Of a DNA stretch of 64,000 bases, positions 57,971 through 64,000 are shown one piece after another. Position numbers and translations under genes: made by a program. The notes beneath the pieces are model-generated. The model had not been told where the DNA came from. It was given only the letters and a program-made list of their open reading frames with translations, and searched no databases. This stretch comes from an uncultured candidate division Zixibacteria bacterium. GTDB taxonomy: Bacteria > Zixibacteria > MSB-5A5 > GN15 > FEB-12. Where the stretch lies: positions 1,952,001 to 2,016,000 of the forward strand of contig OY760907.1 of assembly GCA_963664195.1 (NCBI GenBank), in the 5' to 3' direction. The number at the start of each line of letters is the position of its first letter. Positions within the stretch are counted from its first letter, which is position 1.

Positions 57971-59479
57971 ATGCCACGGTTCCTCAGGGACCACCCTCTG
58001 CTTTCTGTTCTGCTCGTTGCCGGTCTGTTGCGGCTGATTGCGGTCCTGTTCTCCAGGGGATATATGGCCTCTGACGACCACTATGAGACGATTATGGTGG
58101 CCTACAACTGGCTGGTGTACGGCTTTTTCTCCGACGACGGCCAACTGCTCTGGCGCGATCAGGTAATCCGTGAGATCACCCGGTTTCCCCTCTACACGAT
58201 GGGACTTCACGCCGTCATGCGATGCTACTATCTGTGTGGAGTCGACTCGCTGGACACAATGATGTACGGCGTCCGGGCAGCTCACGCATTGCTGTCGCTC
58301 ATCTCGGTATGGGCAGTGTACAGAATAGTGGAATTAGTCACGAAGTCTGCGAAATGGGCTGTGGCAGCCGGACTGATTATTGCCGCCCAGGGATTGATGC
58401 CGTTTTTGTCCGTGCGGGCGCTGATCGAGGTGGTCGGCGGGCACTTTCTGATTCTGGCTGTGTACCTGATTTACCGATATCGTTACTTCGACAAGGATAC
58501 TCGACTTCTCTTCTGGGCGGGAGTTCTCACCGGACTGGCCTGGATGATCCGTTTCCAGATCGCGCTGGCCGTCTTGCCGGTGCCATTGATCCTCTGGTGG
58601 GACGGTCGTCGGTTGAAACCTCCGCTTCAGTATTGTGCGGGTATTGCGGTCATGATCCTGGCTTCCGGATTGGCCGAGTACTTCTTTCTCGGGGAACCGT
58701 TTGTCTCGACCGTCAATCTGCTGAGCGGATTCTTCCAGAAGGGAGAGGCGATGTACCACACGTCGGACTTCATATACGCTGGCGTGCTGGTCGGTTTCTT
58801 CATCCCGCCGTTTTCACTGATCGCGTTTGGTTTGTGTGCCGTACGAGGCTTTTGGCGAGAACACAAATTGCTGATCGTCATGACGCTCTCGTTTGTGCTG
58901 CTGCACACGGTTCTGACCAATCGTCAGGAACGGTTCATGATTCCGATCATTCCGGTGGTGACCGTCATGCTGATGCTGGCGCTGCATCAGCACTACAAGG
59001 CAGGCGGTTGGTTTTTCAGGTGGAAGGCGCTCTATATTCCCGTGATAGGATTGTCGTTGATCGTGAACCTGTTCTTGCTGGGCGTGTTTACGGCCAATTA
59101 CGGTCACAAAGGACTGGTCGAACCACTGGTGCGTATGGAACGCGTTAATCCCCGTCCACGAGCGGTTTTTGTCTCACCTGAGAGAGGACAGATATACCCG
59201 TACTATTATGCCGGTGCTCAGCCAATCAGGAGACTCTGGATCAAGAAATGGCCGGATCTGGCCGCCTACGAACCGGATCCGGCAAGGCAGGACTACTTTT
59301 GCCTGTACGCTCCTCACGAAGCCGATCTTTCCCGATATGTCGACAGCCTGGAGCTGCACGTTGGCTCGGTGAGGGAGGAGTTCCACGTGGGACCATCGAC
59401 GGTGGACTGGCTGCTAAACAAGATCAATCCGAAATACAACCCAACTCACGAGGTCTGGGTGTACCGGCTGGTGGAGTGA
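57971..59479 (+). CDS. GT-C membrane glycosyltransferase (Alg9/PIG-B or GT39-like mannosyltransferase)
   Basis: First TM then DDHYE acidic loop, about 11 TMs, GLAWMIRFQ, H....RQERFMIP. Confidence 0.7.
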   Translation: MPRFLRDHPLLSVLLVAGLLRLIAVLFSRGYMASDDHYETIMVAYNWLVYGFFSDDGQLLWRDQVIREITRFPLYTMGLHAVMRCYYLCGVDSLDTMMYGVRAAHALLSLISVWAVYRIVELVTKSAKWAVAAGLIIAAQGLMPFLSVRALIEVVGGHFLILAVYLIYRYRYFDKDTRLLFWAGVLTGLAWMIRFQIALAVLPVPLILWWDGRRLKPPLQYCAGIAVMILASGLAEYFFLGEPFVSTVNLLSGFFQKGEAMYHTSDFIYAGVLVGFFIPPFSLIAFGLCAVRGFWREHKLLIVMTLSFVLLHTVLTNRQERFMIPIIPVVTVMLMLALHQHYKAGGWFFRWKALYIPVIGLSLIVNLFLLGVFTANYGHKGLVEPLVRMERVNPRPRAVFVSPERGQIYPYYYAGAQPIRRLWIKKWPDLAAYEPDPARQDYFCLYAPHEADLSRYVDSLELHVGSVREEFHVGPSTVDWLLNKINPKYNPTHEVWVYRLVE

Positions 59480-59485
59480 GTCTTT

Positions 59486-59585
59486 GTAGCGAAGGTCACC
59501 GCCATGAGTGGCTGTTATCAGACCTGCGATTGCCCGCGCAGCGGCTCATCAGAAGATAGTAAGTCGAAACTCCTGTAGTTTCGAC
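59486..59585 (+). repeat. REP-like cluster (two families)
   Basis: GTAG-CGAAGGTC...GACCTGCG (59486-59528) and GTAA-GTCGAAACT-CCTGT-AGTTTCGAC (59559-59585). Confidence 0.65.
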
Positions 59586-59593
59586 GATAGCGA

Positions 59594-59977
59594 TTACTCG
59601 TCCGCTTTGTACAGCCAATCCTTCGTCATGAACTCCCCTTGGTGACCGTCGGGGTCAAAGAAATACAGACTGCGGTGACCGTCGGGCCACTTGTGTTCGT
59701 CTGGCTGGAGCCCCAGATCGGTCAGCTTCTGGCGATACTCGTCGTACTCTTCAGGCTTTATCTGGAAAGCGAAATGCAGATGCCGTGCGCCACGGCCGTC
59801 GAATAATCCCTCTGTTCCCTGTTTCCAGAGACCGAACGCGGTGCCGTCTTCGAGGACAAGGGCAACTACATCACCGTCATTCCACGCGGCAACTCGCGCA
59901 ATGGGCAGCAGTTGTTTGTAGAACGCGACGCTTCTCTCGACGTCTTCCACTTCGATGTGTAATTCCAGGATTCTCAT
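59594..59977 (-). CDS. VOC-family (glyoxalase/bleomycin resistance) protein
   Basis: LHIEVEDVERS.AFY, HFAF, RSLYFFDPDGH..EF; ATG at 59977. Confidence 0.88.
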   Translation of the reverse strand: MRILELHIEVEDVERSVAFYKQLLPIARVAAWNDGDVVALVLEDGTAFGLWKQGTEGLFDGRGARHLHFAFQIKPEEYDEYRQKLTDLGLQPDEHKWPDGHRSLYFFDPDGHQGEFMTKDWLYKADE

Positions 59978-60162
59978 ATCAACCCCGGTTTGGGACACGA
60001 CTTGAAACGGACGCATACGTAATGCGACGATTGGTGTACTAGCAGGATTGCTACGATTCTGCGATCGCTGAGTCTGGCTGAAATCAGGTGTACATTGGCC
60101 GAGTGCATGGCCCTTGCACCGGGTCGGGTGTTTTGGACCCCAATACCCTTACATGCCAAAGA

Positions 60163-60531
60163 TCAATTGTCGACGTACTTGCCGAGCACACCTTTCATCC
60201 GCGACGTCATCTTGTTGTTGGTCAGCACCTCGGTGGCACCGGCCTTAACCGCGGCCGTCATTTGATCGGCCATGACATGCGGTGAATAACAGACAATAGG
60301 AATACCCATCGTCGCCTTGTAAGAACGGAGCTTGTTAATCAGCGAGGGTGCCTCGATGCCATTCAGATTCAGATCAATAATGATCAAATCCGGATTTAGC
60401 TCCTGAGCCTTGGTGAAGATGTCGTCTGAGCGAATCGCCTTGATCCCTTCAGCCTCGTAGTTGTCCAGAACGGACATTATCTTCGAGGTGAAGATCATGT
60501 TGTTGACGGCCAGTATAACTTTCTTATTCAT
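60163..60531 (-). CDS. Single-domain response regulator (atypical receiver)
   Basis: PDLIIIDLNL, IPIVCYS, A..AGA; ATG at 60531 after GGAGG. Confidence 0.8.
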   Translation of the reverse strand: MNKKVILAVNNMIFTSKIMSVLDNYEAEGIKAIRSDDIFTKAQELNPDLIIIDLNLNGIEAPSLINKLRSYKATMGIPIVCYSPHVMADQMTAAVKAGATEVLTNNKMTSRMKGVLGKYVDN

Positions 60532-60781
60532 AAAAACTAAAAACCCTCCCGCACAAATCCCTTGCTCAGAAAATCCATTCCATGCGGACGTACAATATAC
60601 AAAATTCTGGATCAAAAGTGAAGCGATTACCGAAATTAAACGCTGGACAGTCCGCAATTGTGTCTAACCCGTTGTCGTACAACACTAACACCATGTGTGT
60701 CATCTCGTCCCTTATACACACTTGGGCACCATAAGTCCGTTTTTTGTTGATTTGCGCCATTTTGGCAGATACCAACAGTCC

Positions 60782-62192
60782 ATGAAAAGGACCAAGATTC
60801 TCGCCACCTACGGACCCGCTGTGAATTCTCCCGAGACACTCCGGAAACTGATCTTTGCCGGCGCCGATGCCTTTCGAGTCAACTGTTCTCACGGTGACGG
60901 ACCGGAACTCGAAGCCGCCGCCAGAGTAATCAAAAAAGCTCGATTGAAAGCCCCCTACCCGGTCGGTATGCTGTTCGATATTTCCGGCCCGAAACTGCGC
61001 CTCGACCGGTTTGACGGCAGCCTGTCGATCAAGAAGGATCAGGAACTGACTCTCACTACCGGCAAAACCGATCTCACGAGGATGAAAATCGGCGTCAATC
61101 ATCCGGCCATCATCAAGTCCGTCAAGAAAAACGAACGGCTGTTTATCGACGACGGCAACCTGTTATTCGATATTGTCCGCGTCGGACGCACCAGCATTAC
61201 CGCCCGCGCCATCAACGGCGGAACGCTGCTGCCGGGCAAAGGGATCAACCTGCCGGATACGGATATCAAGATTCCGACCATTACGGAGAAGGACCGTCGC
61301 GATATCAAAACCGCCGTCAAAGCGGAGGCGGATTATATCGCGCTTTCGTTTGTGCGCTCGGGAGACGATATCATCGAGGCTCGCAAGCTGATCAAGCGCG
61401 ACGGCGGGCGACAGCAGGTGATCGCCAAACTGGAGAAACGTGAGGCGATTGAGAATATCGAAGAAATCATGATGCTCTCCGACGGCGTCATGATTGCCCG
61501 GGGGGATCTGGGCGTGGAACTTCCGCCGGAAGAACTGCCGAAGCTCCAGAAGCGTATAATCCGTATGGCGAACCGTCATCACAAACCGGTCATTGTGGCC
61601 ACGCAGATGCTTGAGTCGATGCGCTACTTCCCCACGTGCCACGAGGGCCGAGGTCAACGACGTCGCCTCGGCCGTGTTCGACTATGCCGATGCCGTCATG
61701 CTTTCGGCTGAAACCGCTACCGGCATGTATCCGGTCAAGGCTGTTACTACTATGCGGGAAGTGATCGAATCGACCGAAGAAGAAACCGTGCAACAGCATC
61801 CGGAACTTGACTCTGATCTGATCGGCATGCCGATCCCGTACGCCATCGCCCAGGCGGTCAGCCGAACCGATCAGTATTGTCAGACTGATTTGATTTTTGC
61901 GTTTACGACGTCCGGTTTCACCGCGGCGTTGATCTCGAATCTGTTCCCGCCGCAACCGGTGGTGGTGATGACTCACGATGACACGGTGATGCATCAGCTA
62001 ACCCTGCTCCGGTCCGTGTACCCGATCAAGGTCAACCAACCGACCTCGTTCGACGACATGCTGGCTACGGTCAACAGAATCTGTCGGACAAACAAGCTCG
62101 CCAGAAAGGGCCGACGCGTTATCATCACGGGCGGTGCCCCGTTCGGCTCGACTGTACCCACCAACGTTATGCTAATCCACGAGGTAGTCTGA
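60782..62192 (+). pseudogene. pyk: Pyruvate kinase with +1 frameshift at about 61628-61633 (likely sequencing error)
   Basis: [46 protein letters not shown] | [26 protein letters not shown]; joined length 469 aa. Confidence 0.92.
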
Positions 62193-62193
62193 T

Positions 62194-63096
62194 ATGAAGT
62201 CCTCTCTTTCCAGAATGCTCGTCGTACTCTTTGCGCTACTGGTCGGCGTTGCCACCGTCGTTGCGCAAGGCACAAAGAAAAGCGATCAGAAAGCGACCAA
62301 GAAGATCGCGATTACGTTCGACGAGGTTCCCGCCGCGCGTACGTTCGGCGATGTCGACCGCGAGGCTCTGGCCTATCTCATTCTGGGCGCCCTCAAGAAA
62401 CACGAGGTCAAGGCGACCGGGTTTGTAGTAGGCAACCAGATAGAGGACAGCTTTGATATTCTTGGGCAATGGCTAAACGAGGGCCACACGCTCGGCAACA
62501 TGACCTTCACGGGTCAGGATTACAACGGCCTTACTCCGGAGCAGTTCGTTCGCGATATCCGCAAGGGGGCAGAGGAATTGGAGCCGATGCTGGCCGGGTT
62601 TGGCCAGAAGAAAAGATATTTTCGCTATCCGTACCTGCATTACGGCAATACCGAGGAACGTCGCGATGCGGTCGAACGCATTCTCGAAGACAAGGGGTAT
62701 GTGATTTCACCGGCGACGGTTATTCCCGAAGACTACCTGTACAATCTTTCGCTGGGGAAACTCGGCAAACGGCCGGACTCGGCCAAATTCGAGCAGCTAC
62801 TCAACGATTATGTCAATCATGTCCTCGACGAACTCGAACGTCAGGAGCAGCTTGCCAAGCAGGTGGTGGGGCGTTCGATCAGGCATATTCTGTTACTTCG
62901 CACGAACCGATTGAACGCGGTGTACCTCGACGAACTTCTCACGGCATTGGAGGCTGAGGGGTACACGTTTGTGACGCTTGACTACGCGTTGAAGGACAAA
63001 GTGTACCGCGAGGCCGAGGCGTATTTGGACTTGAAGGGCGTGAGTTATCTTGAGATGATCATCAACTCCGACCCCGATCATATTCCCGCGGAGTAG
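62194..63096 (+). CDS. Secreted polysaccharide deacetylase (NodB/CE4)-like protein with degenerate active site
   Basis: Signal peptide; IAITFDE, ATGFV, GHTLGNMT, YFRYPYL, ILLLR, GYTFVTLD. Confidence 0.82.
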   Translation: MKSSLSRMLVVLFALLVGVATVVAQGTKKSDQKATKKIAITFDEVPAARTFGDVDREALAYLILGALKKHEVKATGFVVGNQIEDSFDILGQWLNEGHTLGNMTFTGQDYNGLTPEQFVRDIRKGAEELEPMLAGFGQKKRYFRYPYLHYGNTEERRDAVERILEDKGYVISPATVIPEDYLYNLSLGKLGKRPDSAKFEQLLNDYVNHVLDELERQEQLAKQVVGRSIRHILLLRTNRLNAVYLDELLTALEAEGYTFVTLDYALKDKVYREAEAYLDLKGVSYLEMIINSDPDHIPAE

Positions 63097-63108
63097 GGTG
63101 GGGCAGTT

Positions 63109-63135
63109 GTAGGTGGAGACTCTTGCAGTTTCGAC
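63109..63135 (+). repeat. REP-like GTAG hairpin (same family as 11654 and 59559)
   Basis: GTAG-GTGGAGACT-CTTGC-AGTTTCGAC. Confidence 0.65.
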
Positions 63136-63184
63136 AAACTGACGCGCTCCGGAGACCTATCGGTGGAGTCTCAAATGAACTCGC

Positions 63185-63213
63185 TTGACAACGCAACAAA
63201 ATCGAGCTATTGT
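63185..63213 (+). promoter_or_regulatory. Putative sigma70 promoter
   Basis: TTGACA-17 nt-TATTGT upstream of ORF at 63290. Confidence 0.5.
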
Positions 63214-63289
63214 TCGTCAGATAAGTGTATCTCTTGGTCTTCAACTATTACTTTGTCTTTGAGTGAATCACGCATTAATGGGAGGTGTA

Positions 63290-63724
63290 ATGCATCGTTT
63301 GAGATTGTTCCTAACAACCGGAATCTTGGTCGCTGTTATCGTCTTGGCGGCGATTCCGATTCAGGCAGACTTTGGCCGACCGATGTGGGCCTATTATTCC
63401 AAACCTGTGTCTCACGAGGCCAAAGGGGGACGCGTCACGCTGGATTTCACCGTGAGGGTGGGGCCTCCCCAGTGCACTGAGATAGAAGCCACTGTGTTGC
63501 CGCATGACGGCGTCGAGAACCCCGGCGTCGCCTCATGGACGGAAACGATAGAATTCCCGGATCATGATCCGCGTTTCGGCCTTGAACGCGCCAAATGGCC
63601 AACCTTCACAAAGCCGGTAGCCCATCCGTCCTCGGGTGGGGAACGTATTACATTGCTGCAGACCGTATTTCGCAGTACTCCAATGCCAGCTATTTCCCCG
63701 GAAACGTCCCCTCAAGCCTCTTGA
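63290..63724 (+). CDS. Secreted hypothetical protein, possibly truncated
   Basis: GGAGG RBS, signal peptide MHRLRLFLTTGILVAVIVLAAIPIQA; 3' third runs through a REP-like hairpin and overlaps the convergent gene. Confidence 0.5.
   Translation: MHRLRLFLTTGILVAVIVLAAIPIQADFGRPMWAYYSKPVSHEAKGGRVTLDFTVRVGPPQCTEIEATVLPHDGVENPGVASWTETIEFPDHDPRFGLERAKWPTFTKPVAHPSSGGERITLLQTVFRSTPMPAISPETSPQAS
63617..63640 (+). repeat. REP-like GTAG hairpin
   Basis: GTAG-CCCATCCG-TCCT-CGGGTGGG. Confidence 0.5.
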
Positions 63725-64000
63725 ATTCACTGATTACCTGAGCTACGAAGTTCTTCTCTTTCTGCCCTTCGGGTCTGATTGTTACGACGACATCTGTTGT
63801 GGAAGCCCCGTCGGTGTGATAATAGCGCCCGCATCTCTCGATAACACTGGTTCCTCGGTCTGGTCTGCTCAAGATACACAAACTCTCGAGTTGCTCCAGA
63901 CACCAATTACCTGTGACGAACAGAGCACGCTTAGGTTTGTACACTTCTAGTTCGGAGCGTAGCAACTTCATGCAGCTCTCGCGTTGAATGTCCCTGATGT
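63690..64000 (-). CDS. 3' end of a hypothetical protein running off the window (weak UDG-fold-like pattern)
   Basis: Frame open to the window edge (..IRDIQRESCMKLLRSELEVYKPKRALFVTG...TIRPEG). Confidence 0.5.
   Translation of the reverse strand, partial: IRDIQRESCMKLLRSELEVYKPKRALFVTGNWCLEQLESLCILSRPDRGTSVIERCGRYYHTDGASTTDVVVTIRPEGQKEKNFVAQVISEFKRLEGTFPGK

Noticed and set aside
58222..59148. 308-aa alternative-frame ORF
   Set aside because: Arg/Gly-rich off-frame translation inside the GT-C gene.
50532..59479. Genomic island integrated at tRNA-Leu
   Set aside because: No integrase, and no repeat of the tRNA 3' end was seen downstream; the terminator directly follows the tRNA.

Overview
A gene-dense bacterial chromosomal segment, almost all on the + strand, from a Gram-negative organism. 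The twin C-terminal 'GNID...MADLT.LIDHLFISL' dockerin-like module suggests candidate phylum Zixibacteria, but this is an inference. Content is mostly housekeeping: trpS-scpA-scpB-rluB; a MacA/MacB-permease/TolC efflux cluster; LPS heptose genes (waaF, rfaE1, rfaE2); accB/accC/accA; glycine cleavage gcvH-gcvPA/gcvPB; the pyrR-pyrB-pyrC operon with a PyrR-binding leader; a polyprenol-sugar glycosylation cluster; mreC-mreD-mrdA-rodA; gap-pgk-tpiA-secG-tRNA-Leu(GAG). An accessory stretch follows, with a 1248-aa secreted papain-family multidomain protein, a PAS-LuxR regulator, an HTH-only gene, a GT-C mannosyltransferase-like gene, a VOC gene, an atypical receiver, pyk and a degenerate deacetylase. 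No CRISPR array, rRNA, integrase or intact transposase was seen. The most unusual observations are: (1) gcvPA and gcvPB separated by two translationally coupled Zn-ribbon/DUF2007 (PII-like) paralogs and a thioredoxin-TPR lipoprotein; (2) several families of GTAG/GTAA-footed hairpins (REP-like) in intergenic regions, including an inverted pair bracketing a lone secreted-protein gene between pilT and accC; (3) an orphan IS481-like end; (4) a NodB-fold protein that has lost its catalytic histidines; (5) three frameshifted genes, probably at least partly sequencing errors. All calls come from reading motifs by eye; no database searches were run.
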